From an uncultured Erysipelotrichaceae bacterium (lineage in GTDB: Bacteria; Bacillota_I; Bacilli_A; RFN20; CAG-826): a DNA stretch of 64,000 bases. The position numbers and the translations under genes were made by a program. Positions 1-8,585 of the stretch are shown in pieces. The notes under the pieces are model-generated. The model saw nothing but the letters and a program-made list of their open reading frames with translations. It did no database searches and had not been told where the DNA came from. Position 1 is the stretch's first letter. Each line of letters begins with the position of its first letter. Where the stretch lies: positions 229-64,228 of the forward strand of contig CACYSA010000013.1 of the NCBI GenBank assembly GCA_902777015.1, given 5' to 3'.

Positions 1-1350
1 TGCACCACCATTTTCAATTGGGAATTCGATGCAGGCTTCACCTTCAACATTGATTTCCTTAACGGCTTCTTTATCACCATACTTCATTACGAGTTTACCT
101 TCGGCCTTACCATCTAACTTAATAGCGAATGTTTTGGTCTTTTGCAAATCGAAATATTTATAGGTGATGGAACAACCATCATTGAAGTTCTTAACATATT
201 GGTTAGGATTTTCGTTTCTATCTCTACCTTCTTGAGTTAAGAATGGTTCTTTTGTGTGACCTGATTTGAAAACGCCATAGAATCTATTACCATTTTTAGC
301 TCTTAAGCCACAGCAGATAGAAGCGAAATATTCGCCTTCACCTGGTAATGGTTTGCCATATAAACCTTGAGATGTTCTTTCAACTTGTTTGAAGGAACCA
401 TCTTTTTCCATGAAGATTTCTTCTGCGAAACCTTGTCTAGAGAATTGGCATTTATTTGTTTGTCTATGAGCGAAGACATAGTATCTGCCATTAGCCTCAA
501 CCATAGAGCCATGTGTATTACCTGTGAAGTCACAAGCATCTTTACTATTCTCAATGCCTCTTAAACCGATATCACCATTGGAGACTAATGTACCACCTTT
601 TCTGAATGGACCTTTTGGTGTATCACCGATACAGTAGAATAATTCATGACCGGCTTGTGAAGAATAAATGAAGTAATATTTGCCATTGAATTTACGCATT
701 GAGCTAGCTTCGAAGAAAGCGTGCATGCCATATTCTTTATTCTTATCGTTTTGAATTGATGGAACTGTTGTAATTGGTTCAGTGATGACTGTAACCATGT
801 CTTTTGGATCGAGTTCAACAACTGCACCACCGAGAATCTTCTTAGCGCTTAAGCCAATAACTGGATAGAACAAAGCGGAACCGTAATAGAGATAGACATG
901 ACCATCTTCCACATAAACTGCTGGGTCAAATGGCGCGTAACTCTTTTGCCATTTTCTTAAATCAACTTTGCCATGGAATTTGAATGGGCCAGCTGGGGAA
1001 TCACTAACTGCGCAGCGGATAACCCAAGAGCCTTTTGTGAAACCAGGTGCTGGTGAATAGTAAATATAATATTTGCCATCAGGACCTTGGCAAACGTCTG
1101 GGGCATAAAATTGTGTTTTTCTTTTATTTAGTGGATCATCTGTCTTTTTCCAAATAACACCTTCATAACGCCAATCTGATAAATCATCAATTGGTGCGGA
1201 CCATGTAATATAGTCGTTTAAACAGAAACCGCTACTTCCAAAACGGTCATGAGAGCCATAGACGTAAACACGACCATTAAAAACGTGTGGTTCGCCATCT
1301 GGGACGTACTCAAAATTAGGTAAGTAGGGATTAGTAACTACTTTTTTCAT
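1..1350 (-). CDS. Glycoside hydrolase family 43 (beta-xylosidase/alpha-L-arabinofuranosidase-like); C-terminus lies beyond the window edge
   Basis: Absent from the supplied ORF track because there is no stop in the window. My own translation starts at ATG 1350-1348, with AGGAG about 8 nt upstream: MKKVVTNPYLPNFEYVPDGEPHVFNGRVYVYGSHDRFGSSGFCLNDYITWSAP... The frame is open for 450 codons down to position 1. The N-terminal NP.LP..EY.PDGEP..RVY.YGSHD block is typical of GH43 propeller enzymes. Confidence 0.75.
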   Translation of the reverse strand, partial: MKKVVTNPYLPNFEYVPDGEPHVFNGRVYVYGSHDRFGSSGFCLNDYITWSAPIDDLSDWRYEGVIWKKTDDPLNKRKTQFYAPDVCQGPDGKYYIYYSPAPGFTKGSWVIRCAVSDSPAGPFKFHGKVDLRKWQKSYAPFDPAVYVEDGHVYLYYGSALFYPVIGLSAKKILGGAVVELDPKDMVTVITEPITTVPSIQNDKNKEYGMHAFFEASSMRKFNGKYYFIYSSQAGHELFYCIGDTPKGPFRKGGTLVSNGDIGLRGIENSKDACDFTGNTHGSMVEANGRYYVFAHRQTNKCQFSRQGFAEEIFMEKDGSFKQVERTSQGLYGKPLPGEGEYFASICCGLRAKNGNRFYGVFKSGHTKEPFLTQEGRDRNENPNQYVKNFNDGCSITYKYFDLQKTKTFAIKLDGKAEGKLVMKYGDKEAVKEINVEGEACIEFPIENGGA

Positions 1351-1458
1351 GATAAATCTCCTATGTATGTGTACATTAATAATAACAATAAAAAAGCGCT
1401 CGCGATTATATCATTATGCGTTTTTTTAATGACTATCTTACGAAAGCGCTTTATTCTG

Positions 1459-1977
1459 TTAAATAATTTTAATGAAATCGGCTTTTCTTTCTTTGACCGC
1501 TAATACGGTTCCTTCCTTTGGATAACCAAGGATACAAGAACCCACTACACGATGGTTTTCTGGGATGCCTAATTGCTTCTTAATTTTTAACCCATCTTTT
1601 GATTGGAACAATTCATCGAATTGATTGATCCAACAAGTAGCAATCTTTAAGGCAGATGCTGCGACAAACATGTTTTCAAGGATACAAGAGCAATCTTGGA
1701 AAGTGAACGCATCTTCTCTAGGACCAGTAACAATTAGAATAGTTTTAGCCCCGTACATGCAGTCTCTATTTAATTGTTCGACTGATAATTTGCGAAGACG
1801 TTCCACATATTTCTTGCTATTGACCACAAAGATATTAGCGATTTGTCTATTTTTTCCACTTGGTGCAAATTTGCCAGCTTCCGCAATTTCTAACGCTTTC
1901 TTTAATGAGACTTTCTTGTCGCTATATGCTCTGCAGCTGACGCGTTCCTTAATTGTTTTAATTACTTTGTTTTCCAT
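1459..1977 (-). CDS. Nitroreductase family protein
   Basis: 172 aa. IKERVSCRAYSDKKV ... APSGKNRQ ... ILGYP pattern of the NADH/FMN nitroreductase fold. ATG start with GAGG upstream. Confidence 0.75.
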   Translation of the reverse strand: MENKVIKTIKERVSCRAYSDKKVSLKKALEIAEAGKFAPSGKNRQIANIFVVNSKKYVERLRKLSVEQLNRDCMYGAKTILIVTGPREDAFTFQDCSCILENMFVAASALKIATCWINQFDELFQSKDGLKIKKQLGIPENHRVVGSCILGYPKEGTVLAVKERKADFIKII

Positions 1978-1992
1978 ATTATAATTAACCTC

Positions 1993-2577
1993 TTATCTAT
2001 AATATTTAACAGTCATTAAAGCGATGTATTTATTTGTTTCATAATCACTCTTTAAAGGTGATTCATCAACGTCGATTCCTTTTGAGTGGCAATACTTAAC
2101 AAAATCTTTTGTGAAGAACCATAAGCGAATGTCACGTTGGACAAAGTTGTCATTTGTTGTGAACTTTTCGACTTTGAATGGCATGTAATATAGTTTCCCA
2201 TTACTATAGACAAAGTTGTCTGGTTTCATATCTAACGCCATACGATCATTTCTTGCGTACCAGAAGGCAGTAAACATAAGTTTAATTATTTCTTCTGGGA
2301 GTTCTTCTCTTGCTAGCATTTCTAAGCAGTTATCACCTTCAACATATTCAATAACTGCCCATCTTAAATTCTTGTCATATAAGAAACATTTTGGATTGGT
2401 CACTCCTGACACTCTCAAACGATGTTCGCAGTCGACAAATTTTTCAAATCCTTCCTTATCGTTATCAAACTTCTTAAGGAAATAATAAGTACCCTTTCTT
2501 TCGACTTTGAAAGAGCGATCTCCTAGCTGTTCCACTACTTGATATACTTTTCTTTTAATTTCAATTTCTTCAACCAT
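1993..2577 (-). CDS. Small protein-kinase-like fold protein (atypical/minimal kinase), function unknown
   Basis: 194 aa. YYFLKKF (VAIK-like Lys) and LDMKPDNFVY (HRD-x-KPxN-like catalytic loop). Lies 15 nt upstream of the nitroreductase gene. Confidence 0.45.
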   Translation of the reverse strand: MVEEIEIKRKVYQVVEQLGDRSFKVERKGTYYFLKKFDNDKEGFEKFVDCEHRLRVSGVTNPKCFLYDKNLRWAVIEYVEGDNCLEMLAREELPEEIIKLMFTAFWYARNDRMALDMKPDNFVYSNGKLYYMPFKVEKFTTNDNFVQRDIRLWFFTKDFVKYCHSKGIDVDESPLKSDYETNKYIALMTVKYYR

Positions 2578-2673
2578 ACCTACATTTTATAGATATTTGT
2601 TTTCTTAGAAAAGAAAAAGATATTTTGTTTTTCTTCTAACAATATATAATATTGGCAATAAGAGGAAACGAAT

Positions 2674-3864
2674 ATGAACAAAAACGTTGAAAGATTTATT
2701 AGATACGCCAAAATTGATACTCAAGCTGATGAGAATACAGGTACTACCCCTTCTACTGAAAAGCAAAAGAATTTAGGTCGTTTATTAGTTGAAGAGTTAA
2801 AAGAACTTGGCTTAGATGATGCTTACATGGATGAATTTGGTATTGTCTATGCTCATCTTGATGGTGAAGGTGAAGTTATCGGCTTAAATGCTCATATGGA
2901 TACAGCTTTAGAAGTTAAAGATGAAGGCGTTAATCCTCAAATTGTTAATAACTGGGATGGTAAAGATATCAAATTAAATGAACAATATTCTATTTCCTTA
3001 AATCAATTCCCACATATGAAAGCATTTATCGGTAAAGACTTAGTCGTTACTGATGGCAATACATTATTAGGCGCTGATGATAAAGCAGGTATTGCAATCA
3101 TCATGGGCGTTTTAGATTACATTAAAGAACATCCAGAATTTAAACATCACCCATTAGCGGTAGCCTTTACTGTTGATGAAGAAATTGGTGAAGGTCCAAA
3201 GCACTTCTCTTTAGAAAAGATGGGTGCGGAATATGCTTTTACTGTTGATGGAGGTGCGATTGATGAAATCGCTATTGAGAATTTCAACGCTCAACAATTA
3301 AAAGTTAAGATTGATGGCGTTGCGGTCCATCCAGGCGAAGGCAAAAATACATTAATCAACGCCTTACAAGTTCAATCAGAATTCATCTCCATGCTTCCTG
3401 AAAAAGAAACACCATTCTACGCTGATGAAGGATATTGGCATTTAACAAGTGCAAACGGCACTTCTGAAAAGACTGAATTCGTAGCGATTTTAAGGAACTT
3501 CTCTAGAGAAAAATTAGAAGAATTAGATAGATGTATCTATGAAATTAGAGATAGTTTATTAAAGAAATATCCAAAGGCTAAAATCAACGTTGAGATTTCT
3601 GAACAATATGAAAATATGAAACCATACGTTGATAAAGATCCTCGTCCAGTTAAAAAAGCAGAAGCCGCTTTAAGAAAAGTTGGTTTAGAACCTAAATTTG
3701 ATAGAATCAAAGGTGGCACTGATGGTGCGACTTTCTCTAAGATGGGTTTAGTAACACCAAACTTAGGTACAGGAAGTGGTAACCACCACGGCCGTTTTGA
3801 ATATTTAGTTATCCAAGATTTTGAGAAGATGATTGATATCGTTTTAGAAATTGTTAAGAATTAG
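2674..3864 (+). CDS. pepT: Peptidase T (tripeptide aminopeptidase, M20B)
   Basis: 396 aa. N-terminus ERFIRYAKIDTQADENTGTTPST.KQ; HMDT and GADDKAG metal-ligand motifs. SD AGAGGA and a TATAAT box upstream. Confidence 0.9.
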   Translation: MNKNVERFIRYAKIDTQADENTGTTPSTEKQKNLGRLLVEELKELGLDDAYMDEFGIVYAHLDGEGEVIGLNAHMDTALEVKDEGVNPQIVNNWDGKDIKLNEQYSISLNQFPHMKAFIGKDLVVTDGNTLLGADDKAGIAIIMGVLDYIKEHPEFKHHPLAVAFTVDEEIGEGPKHFSLEKMGAEYAFTVDGGAIDEIAIENFNAQQLKVKIDGVAVHPGEGKNTLINALQVQSEFISMLPEKETPFYADEGYWHLTSANGTSEKTEFVAILRNFSREKLEELDRCIYEIRDSLLKKYPKAKINVEISEQYENMKPYVDKDPRPVKKAEAALRKVGLEPKFDRIKGGTDGATFSKMGLVTPNLGTGSGNHHGRFEYLVIQDFEKMIDIVLEIVKN

Positions 3865-3867
3865 GAT

Positions 3868-4410
3868 ATGAGAAAAACAAACACTTTACATGTCATATTA
3901 GAAATCGTTGCTATTCTTAGTTTCATCTTTATTGGTGTGACTGTTTTAACATTTCTAGCTTATCCAGATGTTGATATCCACAATAAATCGTTTATTGGTT
4001 CAATTATCTTAGCAATAGGCACAACTGAATTAGTGCAATTCTTGTCTTTAAACTATTTAGGGAAAAGAAGAAATGTGATTAATGCTGTTGTTGCAGGAAT
4101 AAGCATGGCATTAGGTATTGTCTTTATGGCGGCTAAGCTAGAACTAGATACCGTCTGCCTTATTTGGGCTATTTCTGCGATTGCATTCCAAATTGCTAAA
4201 ATCATCAACGGTGGTTTCAATTTGATGAAAAAACCACTACTAAATGCTGGTGTTATTATCCTTGGTATTGTTGAAATCATCTACTGCATTTTCTTAATCG
4301 TTAATAGATCAAAATCATTAATTCCATTCTTTACATTCTTAGGTGTTTCATTACTCGTAAGAGCGTTCTTATATATCATTGAATTCTTCATTCACCGCTA
4401 TCAAAAATAG
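3868..4410 (+). CDS. Polytopic membrane protein, unknown function
   Basis: 180 aa with about 5-6 hydrophobic helices. Starts 3 nt after the pepT stop, so it is probably co-transcribed. Confidence 0.6.
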   Translation: MRKTNTLHVILEIVAILSFIFIGVTVLTFLAYPDVDIHNKSFIGSIILAIGTTELVQFLSLNYLGKRRNVINAVVAGISMALGIVFMAAKLELDTVCLIWAISAIAFQIAKIINGGFNLMKKPLLNAGVIILGIVEIIYCIFLIVNRSKSLIPFFTFLGVSLLVRAFLYIIEFFIHRYQK

Positions 4411-4474
4411 TATTTAAATCAATAGTCTTCTTTTGTGATTTGTCACTATTTTGGAAGGCTTTTTTACTAATAGG

Positions 4475-4503
4475 TTGACAAAAAGGGTTATTGGCATTAA
4501 GTT
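4475..4503 (+). promoter_or_regulatory. Putative sigma-A promoter (TTGACA-17-TAAGTT) for the transporter/GDPD operon
   Basis: TTGACA at 4475-4480, 17-nt spacer, TAAGTT at 4498-4503. Confidence 0.4.
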
Positions 4504-4515
4504 GCTATTGTAAGC

Positions 4516-4533
4516 ATGTGCTATTTAGCACAT
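4516..4533 (+). promoter_or_regulatory. 18-bp palindrome ATGTGCTATTTAGCACAT (candidate operator or 5'-UTR hairpin)
   Basis: 7-bp perfect arms ATGTGCT/AGCACAT around ATTT. Located between the putative -10 box and the SD of the 4550 gene. Confidence 0.4.
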
Positions 4534-4549
4534 AGAAAGATAGGTAATT

Positions 4550-6043
4550 ATGGAACAAACTGTTTCGAATCAGTCTACGTTTAAGCTGAACTATAAACGT
4601 ACATTTTTAATCGGCTTTGCCTTTTTTGGCATTTTGCTTTTATGGCAAGTTTATGATTTATGGTGCCCAACATTTTTGACAGAAATGTTCGCTAAAGCAT
4701 TCTATCCAGAATATGAAGCACTTCGTCAAATCAATACAGCAGATGCCATTAAACAATGCGGTGACATTATTAAGAAAGTTCAATACCCTGTCGGTATCAT
4801 GATGGCTATCGATAACATCGCTGCATTAATCTTAATGCCAGTATTTGGTCATTTATCAGATAAGACAAACACTAAAATCGGTAAACGTATGCCTTACATT
4901 TTAATTGGTACATTTGTCTGCGCTATTGCTTTCCCATTTATTCCAGTGTTATTCCACTTCAATCAATTAGCTGGTGTCATCATCATGATGGCCGTTGTCG
5001 TATTATTTGCGATGATGTATAGAAACCCAGCAGTTGCTTTAATGCCTGACATTACTCCAAAACCATTACGTTCTAAAGCAAACGGTATCATTAATATCAT
5101 GGGCTATATCGGTGGCGCTTTTGCCACAGTTGTTGGTCTTGTCTTTGTTTTAAGTAGATATTTAGGTACTGCGGTTGATAAAAATACAGGTTTATACGCT
5201 GACCATACATGGGCATATAACAATATTTGGGCGGTTGAAGGTCCATTCCTCGTGGCCTCTGTTTTGATGCTTATCTCCGCGATTGTCTTATTCATTCTTG
5301 TTAAGGAAAACAAAATCAAAGAAGAAATGAAAGATGAATTAGCAAGAGGCGAAGCAGTTAGTGAAACCGCTGATAAGGTTGATGACGATAAACCATTATC
5401 AAAAGCTAATAAGATTATGCTCTTCCTCATCTTAGGAGCAGAATTCTTCTGGTTTATGGCGGATAACGGTGTCTCTACATTCCTTAATAACTATGTTATT
5501 TACGGTACACATTCAGAATCCACAAGCACAATGATCTTAACAATTTTAGGTGGTCTTGGTAGCGTGGCAGGTTTTGCTCTTGGCGGTATTATCGCAAGTA
5601 AGATTGGCCGTAAATGGACATTATTTGGTGGCTTGGCTTTATCATTATTAAGCTATTTACTTTGGGCCTTATTAACATTTACTGCTGGTTTATCAAAAGG
5701 CTCTATTCCAGTTTGGCTATATATCATTTGGTTAGTTAAAGGCTTTGGTATGTCATTAGTGCACGTCAATTCCTTCCCTATGGTTGTGGAATTATGTAAT
5801 AGCAAAAAGATTGGTAGATTTACTGGTTATTATTACGCTGCCAGTATGTCCGCTCAAACAATCACCCCTATCGCTTTAGGCGCTTTATTATACATCCCTA
5901 CCTTCGACTGGAGATTCTTACCAGTTTACGCTGGTGTTTGTATTGCCGTTTCCTTAGTGGTATTCTTCTTTGTGAAGAATGTGAAGAGCACAAAGACTAA
6001 ATTCACATCTGGATTAGAAGCTCTAGGAGACGCTGAAGATTAA
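4550..6043 (+). CDS. MFS/GPH-type transporter (12-TM class)
   Basis: 497 aa, multiple TM helices. The GKRMPYILIG motif resembles the GPH-family G-x-RRP-x-IL loop. A central charged loop is present. A GDPD gene follows 5 nt downstream. Confidence 0.7.
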   Translation: MEQTVSNQSTFKLNYKRTFLIGFAFFGILLLWQVYDLWCPTFLTEMFAKAFYPEYEALRQINTADAIKQCGDIIKKVQYPVGIMMAIDNIAALILMPVFGHLSDKTNTKIGKRMPYILIGTFVCAIAFPFIPVLFHFNQLAGVIIMMAVVVLFAMMYRNPAVALMPDITPKPLRSKANGIINIMGYIGGAFATVVGLVFVLSRYLGTAVDKNTGLYADHTWAYNNIWAVEGPFLVASVLMLISAIVLFILVKENKIKEEMKDELARGEAVSETADKVDDDKPLSKANKIMLFLILGAEFFWFMADNGVSTFLNNYVIYGTHSESTSTMILTILGGLGSVAGFALGGIIASKIGRKWTLFGGLALSLLSYLLWALLTFTAGLSKGSIPVWLYIIWLVKGFGMSLVHVNSFPMVVELCNSKKIGRFTGYYYAASMSAQTITPIALGALLYIPTFDWRFLPVYAGVCIAVSLVVFFFVKNVKSTKTKFTSGLEALGDAED

Positions 6044-6048
6044 TAAAT

Positions 6049-6750
6049 ATGAAACCATTATGTATCGCACATCGTGGTAAGCACGATAAATACTTTGAGA
6101 ATACTCTAAATGCTTTTAAAGAGGCGGCAAAAGGTGAATTCTTTGGTATTGAAACTGATATTCATTTAACTAAAGATAACTATTGGGTTATTCATCATGA
6201 TCCAGATTTCTTGAGTGATGGCAAGAAATACGTCATCGCAGACATGACAAAAGACGAAGTCATTAAATTGCATTTAGATAATGACCAAGATGATAAAGAA
6301 GCCTATATTTCTCTATTTGAGGACTATTTAAAGATTTGTAAAGAAAGTGGTAAACGTCCAATCATCGAATTCAAGCCAAAGAATCCAAAAAAGAAATATC
6401 TTAAACAAATCGTTAAATATATTGATGAATATATGGGCATTGAAAACGTTACTTTCATCGCTTTCTATCCTTGGCCATTAATTAAATTAAGATTCATGCT
6501 TCATAAGAAAGTTCATTTACAACAACTTCTTGAAGAAGGTCATTATAAAACATTATATAAATGGGCTAAATTCTTTAAGATGGATATCGATATTGAAGAT
6601 AGATTATTAACACAAGACTTAGTGGATATCTTCCATAAAAAGAATCTTAAAGTTAACTGTTGGACAGTTGATAGTCCTGAAATGTTAAAAAAACTAGAAG
6701 AGATGGGTGTTGATTACATCACCACGAACGTCTTTCAACAAAATTCATAG
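6049..6750 (+). CDS. Glycerophosphodiester phosphodiesterase (GDPD family)
   Basis: 233 aa. IAHRG, ENTL.AF, GIETDIHLTKD..WVIHHD and W-TVD motifs of GDPD/GlpQ/UgpQ enzymes. No signal peptide. Confidence 0.85.
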   Translation: MKPLCIAHRGKHDKYFENTLNAFKEAAKGEFFGIETDIHLTKDNYWVIHHDPDFLSDGKKYVIADMTKDEVIKLHLDNDQDDKEAYISLFEDYLKICKESGKRPIIEFKPKNPKKKYLKQIVKYIDEYMGIENVTFIAFYPWPLIKLRFMLHKKVHLQQLLEEGHYKTLYKWAKFFKMDIDIEDRLLTQDLVDIFHKKNLKVNCWTVDSPEMLKKLEEMGVDYITTNVFQQNS

Positions 6751-6807
6751 TAAGCGGTTTTAAAGCACTTTTTATGTTATAAAACTTTTGCTAAAAGGAG
6801 TTAAAAC

Positions 6808-7353
6808 ATGAAAAAGTTTTTATTATTAACCGCTGTTGCAGTTTTTGGTGCCACCACACTCGTTGGCTGCAACGCTGAAAAAGCATATAACTATGCAGAT
6901 TTTAAAAATGTTGTTGAAAAGAACAATCCAACATTCACCTCCACTAAAGCAGTTCGTAGTGCTGAAGAAGATGGTAAAAAGCTTGATGATACTGATTACA
7001 CATGGGACGCCACTAAAAAGGTCTGGACATACGAAGAATACGAGGATTTCGATGGAGAAATGATCCTCGTTACTGGATACGCCAATTTAGACATAAAATT
7101 CTATGTTAAAAATATTGAACAAGAATTAACTTTTGCTGGATTAACAGGTAAAGCTGATGATTATTATAAGTTCTACGCTGGTGGTTCAAATTATAGAATG
7201 TCCTTTGCTATCGATCTCGAAAAGCAAAAATACGAAGGTGAATATAAGTTTAATCAAGAGGGTTTATTAACTTATTCGTACGCTAAAACAACTGAAATAG
7301 CTTCAAAAAAAGTTATTAACGAAAGAACTGAAACTTATAAGTATTCCAAATAA
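6808..7353 (+). CDS. Lipoprotein, unknown function
   Basis: 181 aa. Signal peptide ends in the lipobox LVGC. Strong SD AAAGGAG. Confidence 0.65.
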   Translation: MKKFLLLTAVAVFGATTLVGCNAEKAYNYADFKNVVEKNNPTFTSTKAVRSAEEDGKKLDDTDYTWDATKKVWTYEEYEDFDGEMILVTGYANLDIKFYVKNIEQELTFAGLTGKADDYYKFYAGGSNYRMSFAIDLEKQKYEGEYKFNQEGLLTYSYAKTTEIASKKVINERTETYKYSK

Positions 7354-7354
7354 C

Positions 7355-8137
7355 TTATTTCTCAAGTAAATCAATTAAGTCGGCTATGGAATCAACAATA
7401 TATGTCGGCTTTTTTGCTGCCTTTTGAAATTCTTCTAAAGTTGTTTCACCACTTAATACCGCGACAGTATCAACATTGGCGTTAAGGCCTGCGACTATAT
7501 CGGTATAATAGCGGTCGCCCACCATCATTGTTTCTTTGTTACTAACACCAAATTTTTCCATAACTTGATAAATCATTGTGGGTTCTGGTTTACCTAAGAA
7601 AATTGGTGCTTTATTAGTACACATCTCAATCCATTTGCATAAGCCACCACAATCTGGAATATATAATCCATTTTCAATTGGACAGCGATAATCCATGTTC
7701 GTGGCAATAAATTTACTACCCTTTTGGATATAAAGACATGCATTCTTTAATTCGTCATAAACGAGTTCAGTATCAAATGAGGCTAAAACGACATCTGGTA
7801 CTTCTTCTTGATAATCTTCAATAAGTTGGAAATGTTTCTTTAATTCTTCTTTAAAAGTTTTCACGCCTAAAACAAAAAGTGTTTTAACGTTTTGATCTTT
7901 TAAATACCTAATTGTGGTATCGATTGAAGAATAGAAATTATCTTCATCACATTCGATACCCATCCTTTTAATCTTATCAACGTAAAACTTTAATGAGTGG
8001 GAAGAATTGTTAGTCAAAAAAACAAACGAAATATCGTTTTGTTTAAGATATTCGAATGTTTCTTTTGCGCCTTTAAAGAGATGATCACCGAGATATACGG
8101 TGCCATCCATATCAAAGCATATAAGCTTTTTATTCAT
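7355..8137 (-). CDS. HAD-IIA family phosphatase (NagD-like)
   Basis: 260 aa. FDMDGTVY (motif I), LTNNSS (motif II) and GDRYYTDI (motif IV). Confidence 0.85.
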   Translation of the reverse strand: MNKKLICFDMDGTVYLGDHLFKGAKETFEYLKQNDISFVFLTNNSSHSLKFYVDKIKRMGIECDEDNFYSSIDTTIRYLKDQNVKTLFVLGVKTFKEELKKHFQLIEDYQEEVPDVVLASFDTELVYDELKNACLYIQKGSKFIATNMDYRCPIENGLYIPDCGGLCKWIEMCTNKAPIFLGKPEPTMIYQVMEKFGVSNKETMMVGDRYYTDIVAGLNANVDTVAVLSGETTLEEFQKAAKKPTYIVDSIADLIDLLEK

Positions 8138-8143
8138 TAAAAC

Positions 8144-8521
8144 CTATTTCTTTTTAATTTTGCCTTTGTTAGCACCTTTAGAGTTGTGCGCTAAAATTGC
8201 ACGACCAGTGTTGGATGCTTTTTCTTTAGCATAGGCTTCGCCTTCAGCTTTTGTAGCAAATGTTTTGATGACTTTGTCACTACCTGTGATGAAGAGTTGC
8301 CATTTGCCATCTTCTCTCTTAGAAAGATGATAGGAAGCATTAGCGCTTGGAGCGGCTTTCTTTGGTTCTTCTTTCTTTGGAGCAGCTTTTGGTGCTGGTT
8401 TCTTTGCTGGTTCTGCTTTCTTAGCAGGAGCTGGCTTTTTAGCTGGTGCTGGTTTAGCAGCGGCTTTCTTTGGTTCGGCTTTCTTTGGTGCTGGTTTGGC
8501 AGCAGGTTTTTTGACTGGCAT
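8144..8521 (-). CDS. DUF2188-like domain protein with an N-terminal histone-H1-like Lys/Ala/Pro repeat tail
   Basis: 125 aa. Residues 1-57 are K/A/P repeats (KKPAAKPAPKKAEPKK...). The C-terminal part, YHLSKREDGKWQL...FATKAEGEAYAKEKA, resembles DUF2188. SD AAGGGGA. Confidence 0.6.
   Translation of the reverse strand: MPVKKPAAKPAPKKAEPKKAAAKPAPAKKPAPAKKAEPAKKPAPKAAPKKEEPKKAAPSANASYHLSKREDGKWQLFITGSDKVIKTFATKAEGEAYAKEKASNTGRAILAHNSKGANKGKIKKK
8351..8521 (-). repeat. Low-complexity coding repeat (AKKP/KPAP units)
   Basis: Reiterated gctggt/ttcttt units on the + strand. They also generate a spurious antisense ORF at 8297..8605. Confidence 0.8.
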
Positions 8522-8585
8522 GATAAATTTCCCCTTTTATTTATATTAATTATAGAAATAATTATTCTTTTTTGTCAAAAAAGTA

